DNA of 64,000 nucleotides from Clostridia bacterium (GTDB lineage Bacteria; Bacillota; Clostridia; RUG12999): NCBI GenBank assembly GCA_045546415.1, contig JAZQCS010000092.1, positions 280 to 64,279 of the forward strand, read 5' to 3'. Shown piece by piece: positions 8,326 to 18,875 of this stretch (position 1 is its first letter; each line of letters starts with the position of its first letter). The notes under the pieces were generated by a model. It saw only the letters and a program-made list of their open reading frames with translations, ran no database searches and was not told where the DNA came from. The position numbers and the translations under genes were made by a program.

Positions 8326-11300
8326 TATTTCTTCTGCACAGGCTTACAACCATTGTCTTTCAACCATGTTATCATTTCTCTCGCAGCCTTTTCTTTTGCA
8401 GATTGTTTTGCCTTTTCCAGCCTCTTCGCTTTTGTTTTATCATTTGCATCATTATAGGAGCTTGAATCTATAACCCGTCCATATTCCGCTTCAAAGCATC
8501 TGATATAAATATCCGCATAGACTTCATCTGTCTGCTCCGGTGTAAGGATATATTCCTTATTCTTCAAATTAGGAACAGATATCCTCATATCACTTTTCCG
8601 ACTACTACTCGGAATTGTAGGCTCAAAGTTGTAGTCATCAGCAAATTTATCCATACGAATAAGTTCCTTTTTTACATCCGCTTCAAACATTTTGTATGTT
8701 GTGTCCAGAATAGGATTGTCAATTTGTCCCGCTGTACACTTACGATAATATTCAAGAGCATCCGAACATACTGCAACGATTTCCGCTTTAACAAAATCCT
8801 TTTCCTCACCATCCGGCAATTCACGGGCTTTTTTATTAAGAGCAGTAATTTCCTTTCCAAAACTGTCTTTAATTGCCTTTTGGGTTTGGTATTCCTTTGT
8901 TTCTTTGTAATTATCATCGTGTGCTTTAAGACCGTTTACCTTCTTATCCAACATATCCATTGTATCATAATAATTAGATGTAATAACACTGCTGTACCGG
9001 TTATCCGCAACAAAAGGTTTTACTGCAAGATTATAGGCTATTTCTCCACCCTTCTCTGTCACTTTGTAATCCTCATCCAGCATTTCCATAGGTATTAAAT
9101 CAATTATTGTAGAAACAAAATCACCGCAATAGCTATGTATAAGGTAATCCGCCTGCATAGGGCTGAGTTTTACACTTTCTGACATATCCCCTGCAATCGT
9201 TCCCACAACCTTGTTCCATGCTTTTGAAATTCCGTAAGAAAGAAGGGATGTTTCCGAATCCCATTGATATTCTTTACCCGCTTCTTTCAAATCATAAGGA
9301 ATAATATCTCTACCCGCAAAATCCTCATTTTCAGCCAACTCAAGAATAGGACCTACCAATATGTTATCTTTTATAATTCCCGGAGGCATAAAATTCGGAA
9401 CCAAAGACACCTCTACCCAGTTCCAGAATTTATCTGTACCGCTTCCGCCATCCTTCATCCACAATTGTGCAAGAGGTGCTCCGATTAATGAGCCCCAGTC
9501 ACGGTTTCTCGGCAATTTAAGGAATTTATGTTCCCACGGTATTGGTATACAATAATAGGTAAGACGAGTTCTGTCATCAAGCTTTTCCCATTCATCTTCT
9601 TCATCGGTCCATTTAAGAATAAGCTGCTGAAGAATTTCCGCACCAACCTGAGATAACAGTGCTTTTGCCACAGGAGTTTTTGCGGACTGTTTCAGAAGAT
9701 TTTTAAAGGCTTTCCCGCTTTTTGTAGCCATAAAATCTTTCCCAGCTTTTTTCGTACTCTTTCCCGAATCCACCATACTTCTGAATAGCTTGTCAATACC
9801 CTGTACAGCCGGATTCCAATACGGTACCCATGCATTAATCAATCCGCCGTATTCACCCTTCCGGGAAAAATCAACTGTGACCTCTGCCGCATTTTTCATT
9901 GCTATCATACGGGTAGCTGTACTGTCTCCAAGTGAATCAATTGTGGCAAGATACTCCGAAAATCTCGTTGCAGATTCAAGGAAGTTGTTGAATTCACCAA
10001 AAGCTCCCAGCACCATACCTGTTGCCTTTTTGAATTTGCTATTCTGCTTCTTCCAGGCTTTTATAACACCGTCTGTTTCATTATAATAGCTGGTATGCGT
10101 ACCGCCCAGAGCTTTAAAGGCTCTCCATTCTTTACTGTTTTTAGCCATCATCTTCGCAGCCTTAAACCAGTAATTAATAAGCTTGCACCCTGCAGTTCCG
10201 TTTATATATGCGGTTCCTACATCTCGGAAAACATTCTTCACACCGAAGAAAATGTTTATGCCCGTTACCATTGTCTTCATAGGCATTGATATTGCTCTTC
10301 CTATTTTAGTAAGAGTTTTAATTTTTGTATCGTCAGCATACCCCATAGCAGCAATCAGAGACTTATACATATCCCCGGATATATATGCTTTCACCTGTTT
10401 ACCATCATTCCATGCGGTCAAGGTATAAATACCTGTCTGTTTTTTTCCTTTCGACTTGCCTGCCGCTTCCTCTTCACTTTTAGTAAATATAGCGTTATCA
10501 TCCATATCGGGCATATTGGTATCCAGCAATTCATCAGCTGTAAGCACATTATTTTTTTCATAATATCTCACAGTCGAATCATCGGCTATTACATAACCAT
10601 CCAATTCGCCAGTATTATTCAGCAAAACAGCAGAATCTATTATGTTCATTGCAAGGTCATTCATTCTGTTTCTTTTAATAATTTTATATATCAGCATTGC
10701 AAAACTGTCCTCAATAGGCTGAACCTCACTTGAGCCGCCCGTTGCCTTTTGGAGAACGCCTTTAACCGAGGTACTTTTCGGCCGTAAAACCATTGTACCT
10801 TTGTCCTGTTTTGAACTGACTCTGTATGTAGGCACATAATTGGGATATGTTTCTTTAAGCCTTTCCCATACATCCTTGTTTATCAGTTCACCTACAGCCC
10901 AGATTTGCATAAACTGATTATACCACTCCTGCAGTTCTTCGGATTTTTCTTTAAGCCAGGAATATTTTTGTTCATATTCTGCAACCACTTTACGGCTGAC
11001 CTTGGCAGTTACCGTATCACCAAACACAGGCTTGTTTGCAGATTCATTCTGAGACTCTTTCAGATTAAGATATTCTAAAACAAGTTCCCTTTCCGCTTCC
11101 TTGCCATATTTTTCAGCTTGCTTTTCCGTCATTCCTGCAAGAATTCCTATTTCACGGGTATCCATGCTCTTGATTTCAGGATGAAGCTTTTCAAATTCTG
11201 CAACCTTATTTGCCGCATTGTCAACAAAACTCATTCGGTCAATATTATGAAGGTGAAGAAGATAATCCTGGAATATTGCCTGTGCTTCTTCATCAACTTT

Positions 11301-14300
11301 CCCCTTAGAATCGAAGCACAACATTACCTTTTCAAAGGATTTTTCATTCACAATGTTGCCGGCTTTGTCAAACAATCCGTCGTGTAATACTGCCTGTGCT
11401 GTATTTTCACATCCGAGAAGCTGATGCATAAGAATATCTGCCGTCAGCTGACGGTGAACCTTGTCTGATGACATCATCGGTGCCAGATATTCTCTCTGTA
11501 AATTTGAAAAATCCGAAATAGTCTGAGTGTCGTTCACAATCGCAGAATATGTTTTTCTCCATATTGTCCTCAGTTTTTTTGCAACGACCGCAGTTTTGCT
11601 TGCCGCTTCCTGCATGCCGGGTATGTTCGCAAGCCCCTCTGGTAAATTTACTCCGTCCCTGTTCAGTTCCTTTTTCAGAGCCTCGTTTGCTTTCATAATA
11701 CGGTAGGCTTTCATTGCCTCGGGAGAGCGTTGTGCCCGTTCAAATTCACTTCGGGCTATAAGCACACGGTATCTTCTCTGTGTAGCCGCAAGTCTGCGCC
11801 TTTCGTGCATAATTGTTGCAAATTCTTTTTCTGCCACAAGGAAATCGGCTTTTCGCATCTCTATACCAAGTCTTCTTGCACTCTCTTCCTTTTCCTCAGC
11901 AAGTCGCTCCAGGTATATTTCCTCGGCAGTTTTTGACGGTCCTGCAACAGAAAAAGGAGTTTTGGGTGAATTTTTTTCAACTTTTTGCATAGAATTATTA
12001 TCGGTAGAATTATATTCCGTAGAATTTTTTTCATTTTTAGTCTTGACAATATTCCGACTTTGGTGTACAATATTAGTGGAAAATCCAAGTGTCTTTAATG
12101 ACTTAAGGAATTCTACCTTATTGTCGTTAGTGATTATCTTGGATTTTTCCATTTTATCAAGAAGTTCTTTCATGCGAAACAAATTCACATGTAAAAACGC
12201 ATCGTTGACAAGCAAATCTTTCAGATGTTTATAAATTCCTTCTCTACCATATATACTTTTAACAAAATTGCTATTGTTCGTTGCTATGTCCGCAAAACCT
12301 TCTGTATACACATTGATTCTTTCGTCCTCATTTTTTATGGCTATTATAATAGGCAATCCATCCGGATCGAATTCTGACGTCAGGATGCAAATTGTATTTT
12401 CCTTGCTATTTTGACTAATCGAATCGAAAACCGCCACGGGGGATTTTATCAATTCCGGTATCTTCTTTATCTGTGTTTCGGTAATACCGTGCCACTCTCT
12501 ATGGGGATTTTTTAGTTCTCCTTTGTCGAAAGCAAGTTTCTCCTCAGGAGTTTTAGGTGTCCACTTTTCGTGATGTGCATCCCTTAAATGCGATTGATTT
12601 GTTAACCACGGTAATGTTATATCTAAGCCAACCTTTTTAAGTATATCCGTTGAAATTCGCCCAATATACACGGAAAGGTTTGATGGTAACTTCTTACTAT
12701 CATTTTTTAATGCCGCATCCACCTGTTCTTCAAAACTCATACCCACATTATACATTGTGCCATTCGATTTAATATTCAGAACCCCTCTTTTATCACCATG
12801 CACATCCTCGGTATACCCCATACTTTCAGGAGTAATGCCTGCTGCCGTATATCCTGTTTCCTCATAAACAGCCTTTCTGACTTCATCCACGAACTCAGAT
12901 ATATCAATATCTATCCCTTCTCTCTGAATGTCTGCAAAGGCATCTGCAAGGAATTCCTCAAAGTATGCAGCCTGTGCGCTACTGTCTGTTAATTCTCCAT
13001 AACAGTTTTCGTAAAGCTTTGCATACTGTTCCTGTATTTTATTTACCGAAATTTCACCAAGCCGTTTTCCTACTTTAGAGAAAACATTTGACATTACTGC
13101 CTGTCCCGCTTCACTTTTAAATACAGCGTGTGCAAACTCATGGTCTGCAGTATTGTAATCAGTTGCAAAAATACTTTCCTGTTCGGTATCGAGTGCGCCG
13201 AATATTCTGATAAGTGAATCCCGGACATCCACATACAGTTCCCCATCAAAGTACACGGTATCAAGCCCTGCGGCTTTATTTCTTTTTGCCGCCTCTTTCA
13301 TAAGAGGAGACCATTCCGCTTCGTGAACAATTCTTTCATTGCTGACTTCCGCATTGCGGTTTGTCAGCTTTTTTTGTTCTCCAGGTATTTCTTCAACGCT
13401 TCTTCCGTCATACTCAACCGTTTGCCGTCCGGTGTCTGCGCCTCGTAATGGGGTTTCACTTTGCTTAAATCCAGCTTTATTGGTTTCACTTTCTTCATAA
13501 CCTTCCTGCTCCATTTCATTCATTATATTTTCAAACAGCTTTACCGCTTCGTTTGCAGAACTTATTCCGGGAATATCTCCCAAAATGGCATTGTTTATAA
13601 AATCTGCCATAGTATACAGCTCGTTGTCATAGACTATATACCTGTTATTCATTACATACTCAAAGTATGATTTCCGTACTTTTGCATAATCAACCTTTTT
13701 ATTCTTTTTATCACCATAAGTATTTTGTTCATACTCTTCCGCAGACATTAGCGATTCATTCATATTATTGGCAAAATTCACCAGCGTTCGTCTGAGTGCC
13801 GGACTTACGGACACAGCTTCATTGTTCTGTTGCATCAACTCCAATGTGTGTCGAACAAGAGAAATTTTATCTTCAACAGGTAAATTCTCATCCAACGACA
13901 TTCCTGTATAATCCTTGAAAATTTTAGCGGTAGCCTTGCTGTTCAGACCAAGGCTTTTTATCTGTGCATCCGTAACTTCTTCACCAAGGAGAATTGATTT
14001 CCATATTTTTGAACGCTTATCCGCCTCGGCGAGTTTTCGTCCGTCAGATACATATTCGGAGGCAATATCATTTTTTACTTTTACCCCATCCTGTTCCATG
14101 TCATTCAGCTGAGAAACAACCGTTTCTGTATTACCCGTTTTTGCAGACGATTCATTGTCATATATTCTTTTTAAGCTCTGTATGTCTTTCAGGGTAACAC
14201 TTTCTCCGTTTTTCTCTTTTTCAATAAGAATGTTGGCTAATTGTGCCGCCTTAGGTGTCTTTCCGGAATCTGCCACAGCTCTACCGAAAAGTTCTCCTAT

Positions 14301-16220
14301 TTTTTCGTTTACCTTTTCCTGTATCTTTCCGACCGTGCGAGCAGATGCCGAATTCGCCCCAGAAACAGTTCCTAACAGAGTGTCTATATCCCCAGCCGTC
14401 GAATCGTCTCCGAGCGCAATTAACACATTAGCAAGGGACATTGCTTTATTTCTATCAGCTAAAATTTCCCTTCCTTCAACCTTTGTATTATGATGGTTAA
14501 TGCCAACTTCAGCAACCTTTGTAACACCTTTTTCAGCACCACCAAACATAATCGCAACACGCATACCTGCCTTGCTCGCCTCTGTTACTCTTTCAACCGT
14601 TTCATCATCCTCTGTACCGGTCAAAATATTCCATACAACATCTGCTGACTCTGTTGTCAGGCTCCAGATACCTTTTTCACCCTTCTTTGTACGGCGCTCA
14701 TTTGCAACACTAATAATTTCCTGAAGACCTTCCTGGGCACCTTCACCCGCAATGTTTCCTGCAAATGAGCCGACACCTTTCAGTACTTCTTTGCCAGTTT
14801 TCTTTACAGCATATTTACTCACACCCTTCACTCCGCTTTTCCCAAGCATCGAAAGAAGCTTTCCTGTTCCGAGAGTTGCTATGTCAATCCCGGTGTCTGC
14901 CATTTCTATCAGCGAAGAAATAAATGCTTCATCCTTTGCAGCAGACATTGCCGTTTCTTTATCTACACCCGCTTCAATTAACGCTCTGAATGCGGCTCCC
15001 TGCATCAAAGTATATGATTCCACACCCGAAGCAAGGACTGCACCGACTTTAGCTGATTTGTCCATTGGCATTCCTGTTGCTGCACCAAACAAAGCACCCG
15101 CTCCTGCACCTATTGCTTTCGCCCCAAACTGGTCAAGCTGTTGCGGCAAATGTCCTGCGAAATCGGTAGCAACCCAGTTAAACACCCACTTTTTGAAACC
15201 CTGTTCACCTTCGTCTGTCGTCATTGCTTCAATATTGTTTTTCTGAAAATCTTCTGTAAGTTTATCCATTGCAAAAGCATAAAGTAAGTTTTCGTCTGTG
15301 GGGTTATTAACATACTCACTATATGCCTTATTGGTATCCTGATTCAATCGCCCGTTTGCATAATTTGCTTTAAACTGTCCTTTAAAACAAGAATCTTTAT
15401 ATAAACGAGAAGAATAATCTTCAATTTTCTCAACCAAGCCATTCATTTTTTGTGAAAGATGCAGCATTTTACTACGCTTTTTTACTGCACTTACTGTATT
15501 GCCGGTTGTATCAGCTTTTCCAAGCACCAATTCTTCATCATAAGCTCTGGCAGAATCTTCAAAGTTTTTTGTAGCAACTTTTTTTACTTCCTGCTTATAT
15601 TCATCCAGGGAATTATGCTCCGTTTTTATAGTCGCCGAGGCTCTTGCTTTTTTCTCTTCTGCAAGAATTGTTTTTGCATCATACCCTTTAGATGAAATCT
15701 GTCGTCCACGGGATACCGCTTCTATGTCCTTATAATCAAGCACCTTGCCGTGGACCGGTGTCTGCGCATCATTACTCCGATTTTCTCTTATTTTTTTCTG
15801 TTCTTTCTTTGCGCTCTTTTCTACATTAGAATAATGTATATCTCTGGAGTATGCTGATTCGTCCCACGGTTTCGGAGACAATCCTACCGCACGAAAACTA
15901 CGGCTGTTTTTACGATACTTTTTAGCAAATTCCGCTTCTTTTCCAAGCGTAGTATAGTTTAGCGCATCAACTTCTCCTGCAGAGCTTTTTAACCAATCGG
16001 TTGGTGCTTGTGACACATCAAAGTTTTCACCCGGTAATTTTTCTGTCTTTGCAATCCACGGAAATTGAACCTTTTTCTTTGTATCAATAGTTTTTTTTGC
16101 ACTGTTTTGTGTTAAATCCACAAAACCGACATTCTTTGCAGGAATCAGCACATTGCCTTTAGGTTTAAACGGGCCGTACCGTTGCTTCCTTTTCTTTTGC
16201 ATTTCTAAAAGCTTATACAT
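8325..16220 (-). CDS. Giant 2631-aa prophage protein with an HExxH zincin-like metallopeptidase motif; candidate virion-delivered polyvalent or ejection protein
   Basis: It is a single uninterrupted ORF with RBS GAGGTGA, the last gene of the late operon. It has a Lys-rich N-terminus, a Gly/Ala-rich amphipathic segment (GAGAGALFGAATGMPMD...) and TDYNTADHEFAHAVF (HExxH) near aa 1025. No domain search was run. Confidence 0.8.
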   Translation of the reverse strand: MYKLLEMQKKRKQRYGPFKPKGNVLIPAKNVGFVDLTQNSAKKTIDTKKKVQFPWIAKTEKLPGENFDVSQAPTDWLKSSAGEVDALNYTTLGKEAEFAKKYRKNSRSFRAVGLSPKPWDESAYSRDIHYSNVEKSAKKEQKKIRENRSNDAQTPVHGKVLDYKDIEAVSRGRQISSKGYDAKTILAEEKKARASATIKTEHNSLDEYKQEVKKVATKNFEDSARAYDEELVLGKADTTGNTVSAVKKRSKMLHLSQKMNGLVEKIEDYSSRLYKDSCFKGQFKANYANGRLNQDTNKAYSEYVNNPTDENLLYAFAMDKLTEDFQKNNIEAMTTDEGEQGFKKWVFNWVATDFAGHLPQQLDQFGAKAIGAGAGALFGAATGMPMDKSAKVGAVLASGVESYTLMQGAAFRALIEAGVDKETAMSAAKDEAFISSLIEMADTGIDIATLGTGKLLSMLGKSGVKGVSKYAVKKTGKEVLKGVGSFAGNIAGEGAQEGLQEIISVANERRTKKGEKGIWSLTTESADVVWNILTGTEDDETVERVTEASKAGMRVAIMFGGAEKGVTKVAEVGINHHNTKVEGREILADRNKAMSLANVLIALGDDSTAGDIDTLLGTVSGANSASARTVGKIQEKVNEKIGELFGRAVADSGKTPKAAQLANILIEKEKNGESVTLKDIQSLKRIYDNESSAKTGNTETVVSQLNDMEQDGVKVKNDIASEYVSDGRKLAEADKRSKIWKSILLGEEVTDAQIKSLGLNSKATAKIFKDYTGMSLDENLPVEDKISLVRHTLELMQQNNEAVSVSPALRRTLVNFANNMNESLMSAEEYEQNTYGDKKNKKVDYAKVRKSYFEYVMNNRYIVYDNELYTMADFINNAILGDIPGISSANEAVKLFENIMNEMEQEGYEESETNKAGFKQSETPLRGADTGRQTVEYDGRSVEEIPGEQKKLTNRNAEVSNERIVHEAEWSPLMKEAAKRNKAAGLDTVYFDGELYVDVRDSLIRIFGALDTEQESIFATDYNTADHEFAHAVFKSEAGQAVMSNVFSKVGKRLGEISVNKIQEQYAKLYENCYGELTDSSAQAAYFEEFLADAFADIQREGIDIDISEFVDEVRKAVYEETGYTAAGITPESMGYTEDVHGDKRGVLNIKSNGTMYNVGMSFEEQVDAALKNDSKKLPSNLSVYIGRISTDILKKVGLDITLPWLTNQSHLRDAHHEKWTPKTPEEKLAFDKGELKNPHREWHGITETQIKKIPELIKSPVAVFDSISQNSKENTICILTSEFDPDGLPIIIAIKNEDERINVYTEGFADIATNNSNFVKSIYGREGIYKHLKDLLVNDAFLHVNLFRMKELLDKMEKSKIITNDNKVEFLKSLKTLGFSTNIVHQSRNIVKTKNEKNSTEYNSTDNNSMQKVEKNSPKTPFSVAGPSKTAEEIYLERLAEEKEESARRLGIEMRKADFLVAEKEFATIMHERRRLAATQRRYRVLIARSEFERAQRSPEAMKAYRIMKANEALKKELNRDGVNLPEGLANIPGMQEAASKTAVVAKKLRTIWRKTYSAIVNDTQTISDFSNLQREYLAPMMSSDKVHRQLTADILMHQLLGCENTAQAVLHDGLFDKAGNIVNEKSFEKVMLCFDSKGKVDEEAQAIFQDYLLHLHNIDRMSFVDNAANKVAEFEKLHPEIKSMDTREIGILAGMTEKQAEKYGKEAERELVLEYLNLKESQNESANKPVFGDTVTAKVSRKVVAEYEQKYSWLKEKSEELQEWYNQFMQIWAVGELINKDVWERLKETYPNYVPTYRVSSKQDKGTMVLRPKSTSVKGVLQKATGGSSEVQPIEDSFAMLIYKIIKRNRMNDLAMNIIDSAVLLNNTGELDGYVIADDSTVRYYEKNNVLTADELLDTNMPDMDDNAIFTKSEEEAAGKSKGKKQTGIYTLTAWNDGKQVKAYISGDMYKSLIAAMGYADDTKIKTLTKIGRAISMPMKTMVTGINIFFGVKNVFRDVGTAYINGTAGCKLINYWFKAAKMMAKNSKEWRAFKALGGTHTSYYNETDGVIKAWKKQNSKFKKATGMVLGAFGEFNNFLESATRFSEYLATIDSLGDSTATRMIAMKNAAEVTVDFSRKGEYGGLINAWVPYWNPAVQGIDKLFRSMVDSGKSTKKAGKDFMATKSGKAFKNLLKQSAKTPVAKALLSQVGAEILQQLILKWTDEEDEWEKLDDRTRLTYYCIPIPWEHKFLKLPRNRDWGSLIGAPLAQLWMKDGGSGTDKFWNWVEVSLVPNFMPPGIIKDNILVGPILELAENEDFAGRDIIPYDLKEAGKEYQWDSETSLLSYGISKAWNKVVGTIAGDMSESVKLSPMQADYLIHSYCGDFVSTIIDLIPMEMLDEDYKVTEKGGEIAYNLAVKPFVADNRYSSVITSNYYDTMDMLDKKVNGLKAHDDNYKETKEYQTQKAIKDSFGKEITALNKKARELPDGEEKDFVKAEIVAVCSDALEYYRKCTAGQIDNPILDTTYKMFEADVKKELIRMDKFADDYNFEPTIPSSSRKSDMRISVPNLKNKEYILTPEQTDEVYADIYIRCFEAEYGRVIDSSSYNDANDKTKAKRLEKAKQSAKEKAAREMITWLKDNGCKPVQKK

Positions 16221-16232
16221 TGTTTCACCTCA

Positions 16233-17792
16233 TTAAAATAGACCTTTCCTTTTTGCCTCAACCAATGACTTAGGGCTCGCCCAATCAACAATAATCCTTC
16301 CGTCATAATCATAATCGGCCACCAGATACCCTTCCTCAACAAGTCTGAATATCTTTGCAGCGGGAACTCCATATAATCCCAATTTAATCAACGGTCCCGG
16401 AGCAATCCCGTCAAGTGTAAGTTCGTCATCACTTATTTCCTCGTCTTCTTCCATTTCTTCCGGCAACACATAAACTCCATCTTCATCCATCACATAGCCT
16501 GCATTTATAAGTTTCTGCCGTTCAGTAGAGGTTAAATTTTCCCCCGAATTCTGTTTGTCCAGAAGTGCCTGAATAGTTGCCGACGAATAAACACCCGTTG
16601 AACCACCGGAACTTCTTACAGTTGGAGTATTCATATTGGTAATAATCTTCTGTATTTCCGCTTTGTTTGCGCCAAGCCCTGCCGCTTCAAGTAGTGTATC
16701 ATCAGGCATAATACCCATCTGAACAAGCCCCATAGCCTTATTGTACGCATTATTCATATCTGTATCGGCTCTGTTTTTGATTCCTTCCTTTTCAAGATTA
16801 TCAACCGCTTCAGGGGTGAAATATCCGGTCGAAAGCAAACCGCCGTAATCGTTAGTGACACCTCCATATTTCCAGCCGATATCAAGAGCCATTTCTGTGT
16901 CATACCTGCTGTCTGCAATTTTGTCTCTGGACAAAGAATATCCCCACTGAAGTCCGGCATTTGCCACATCACGGTTATAGTTTAAAACCCACTGATTGAC
17001 AGCATCATTCATCTGGTCTACTGACAGATTATAGTTTGCCGCCCACTGTTTGATACTGTTCAGCTGACCAAGGTAACTCTGTGATATTTCCAGCAATCGG
17101 TCGGCCTTTTCATACTCTCCCTGTGCCCTGAGTTGAGCAATCTGGTTTTTAGTATCTGTTGCAAGCTTTATTTGTTCGTTATTAATTGCCATTAGATTCT
17201 GAGCAGCAGCATTCTGGACGCTATTGTACTGCGCCTGACCTATTCCGCCTTTATCACCTCTCAACGAAGAGTAAAGTGCCGAATTATCAAGTGCTTTCTT
17301 TTCTTCAGCCGCAACCCTTTTCCGCTGAGTCTGATACTGTGCATCCGCTTCTGCTTTCGCTTTTTCCAGCTGTAAAACAGCTTTATCCGTTGCAAACTTA
17401 ACAGATTCCTGCGCCTGCCGTTCTGCCTTTTCTCTCCAATCATTAAGGCTTTTTACCGCATCATCAGTGTCTATTTTTTCATAATTTGGTTTGTTATACC
17501 CTGCGGATTCCGCATCTAAAAACCCCGCATATTTATACGTTTTTTGCTCCGGCGAACCCGTGATATCAATTTTTTTATTACGGTCCTGTTCATCTTTAGC
17601 AGCACCTGTAAAGTCTCCTGCCGCTTCTTTTTCCTGCATGCTTGCCATATAGTTTTTATTAACATCTATTCCCGAATCGTTTTTTGAAGCATAAGACCAC
17701 ATTCGAGTATTTGCGTTATTTCCCACAATAGAATTTGAAGGAACATTATTGTTAGCCTTGACCTGTTCCTCTGTTTCAATTTTTGTTGCCAC
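16233..17792 (-). CDS. Prophage 519-aa coiled-coil protein of unknown function (possible internal virion protein)
   Basis: It has a long ORF with Gln/Ala/Lys-rich coiled-coil-like segments and an acidic C-terminal stretch, lying between the amidase and the giant gene on the late-operon strand. Confidence 0.6.
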   Translation of the reverse strand: MATKIETEEQVKANNNVPSNSIVGNNANTRMWSYASKNDSGIDVNKNYMASMQEKEAAGDFTGAAKDEQDRNKKIDITGSPEQKTYKYAGFLDAESAGYNKPNYEKIDTDDAVKSLNDWREKAERQAQESVKFATDKAVLQLEKAKAEADAQYQTQRKRVAAEEKKALDNSALYSSLRGDKGGIGQAQYNSVQNAAAQNLMAINNEQIKLATDTKNQIAQLRAQGEYEKADRLLEISQSYLGQLNSIKQWAANYNLSVDQMNDAVNQWVLNYNRDVANAGLQWGYSLSRDKIADSRYDTEMALDIGWKYGGVTNDYGGLLSTGYFTPEAVDNLEKEGIKNRADTDMNNAYNKAMGLVQMGIMPDDTLLEAAGLGANKAEIQKIITNMNTPTVRSSGGSTGVYSSATIQALLDKQNSGENLTSTERQKLINAGYVMDEDGVYVLPEEMEEDEEISDDELTLDGIAPGPLIKLGLYGVPAAKIFRLVEEGYLVADYDYDGRIIVDWASPKSLVEAKRKGLF

Positions 17793-17854
17793 TTATATCC
17801 CTCCATCTTTTTAACAAAAGGGAGCCGAAGCCCCCTTACCATTTTAATTTAACC

Positions 17855-18565
17855 TTAGCTCTTAATTCGGTTTACAAGCTTATAGTAGCCCCAGTAAAGA
17901 GGCGTATTATTTTTCTTTGCTTCATCTAATGAATCTATAAATCCTTTGAAATCTGTTATAGGAAAATATGTATGGTTAAGCTCCCATGTAATCTCATCCG
18001 CATTTTCAAGCATTGGTTTTAAAGGTTTGAGTTTGAATCCCTCGACTACACCCCCCACAATCGCCTCATTAACCAGACTTGCGTTGTTGATATAGTGCTT
18101 CATATCATCGGGGTCGTCGATGAAACACACCTCTATGAGTGCATAAGAAACGCCCTGTGCTCCCTTGCAAGTGTTCATAACAATAAGGTTATCTTCTTTA
18201 ATTCCTCTGTTTTTGAAGCCAAGTGCTAAAAGATTTTTGAGAATTATCTCTTCCACGGTTCTGACTTCTTCTGATGGATGAACAAGAATTTCCGAGCCTT
18301 TAAGTTTGCCATCTGCAGCACCGCCTTTATGTGCATTAAAATGAATTTCAAGCACATAATCGAAGCTCGTAAAGTCATATTTGCCACCGTTATAAAGGAA
18401 GCTTGACATCTTAACATTCGGGTCAAACACAACCACTTCTGCATGCCGGGACAGCATAGGTTCAATTCCAGCCACAACTTTTCGGGTAAGGTCAGCTTCC
18501 TTGTAGCCGCAGCCTATAGCCCCCGGGTCACCCTGACCATGACCTGCAATCAGCAATATTCTCAT
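17855..18565 (-). CDS. N-acetylmuramoyl-L-alanine amidase (Amidase_3 family endolysin)
   Basis: MRILLIAGHGQGDPGA and the downstream E/H residues are typical of the CwlA/Amidase_3 zinc amidase. I place the start at ATG 18565 (RBS GAAAGGTGG), overlapping the upstream stop as TAATG. Confidence 0.85.
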   Translation of the reverse strand: MRILLIAGHGQGDPGAIGCGYKEADLTRKVVAGIEPMLSRHAEVVVFDPNVKMSSFLYNGGKYDFTSFDYVLEIHFNAHKGGAADGKLKGSEILVHPSEEVRTVEEIILKNLLALGFKNRGIKEDNLIVMNTCKGAQGVSYALIEVCFIDDPDDMKHYINNASLVNEAIVGGVVEGFKLKPLKPMLENADEITWELNHTYFPITDFKGFIDSLDEAKKNNTPLYWGYYKLVNRIKS

Positions 18566-18837
18566 TACTGCCACCTTTCAACGAACTCTTTGATTCCGTT
18601 TTTGTCATCTGCTTCAAAAAGCTTGCACAGTTCTTCAAGAGCTTCAACCTGACCATCACACCATAATTTTGTAACAAGACTTTCGTAAACACTTATAAGC
18701 TTGTACGCCTTGTCAAGGTCAGTATGGTCCTTTACGCCTGCAAGACGGTCATCATTACGCACCATAGGCCAGGCAATAGATAAGTCAACTTCCTTTTCCT
18801 TTGCCTTTTCATAAATTCTTTTTACGTTTTCAAACAT
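18565..18837 (-). CDS. Hypothetical phage protein (lysis-cassette associated)
   Basis: A 90-aa ORF between holin and amidase, translationally coupled to the amidase. Confidence 0.5.
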   Translation of the reverse strand: MFENVKRIYEKAKEKEVDLSIAWPMVRNDDRLAGVKDHTDLDKAYKLISVYESLVTKLWCDGQVEALEELCKLFEADDKNGIKEFVERWQ

Positions 18838-18875
18838 ATTTTTCTCCTTTCAATTGTGCCCTTCGCGGGGCTGCT

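Noticed and set aside
8672-16000. Many + strand ORFs (for example 8724..9098, 14752..15246 and 14155..14493) inside the giant-gene region
   Set aside because: They are antisense shadows of the 2631-aa ORF. Their composition is Ser/Pro/Phe-rich, as expected for reverse-frame translation of a Lys/Glu-rich gene.
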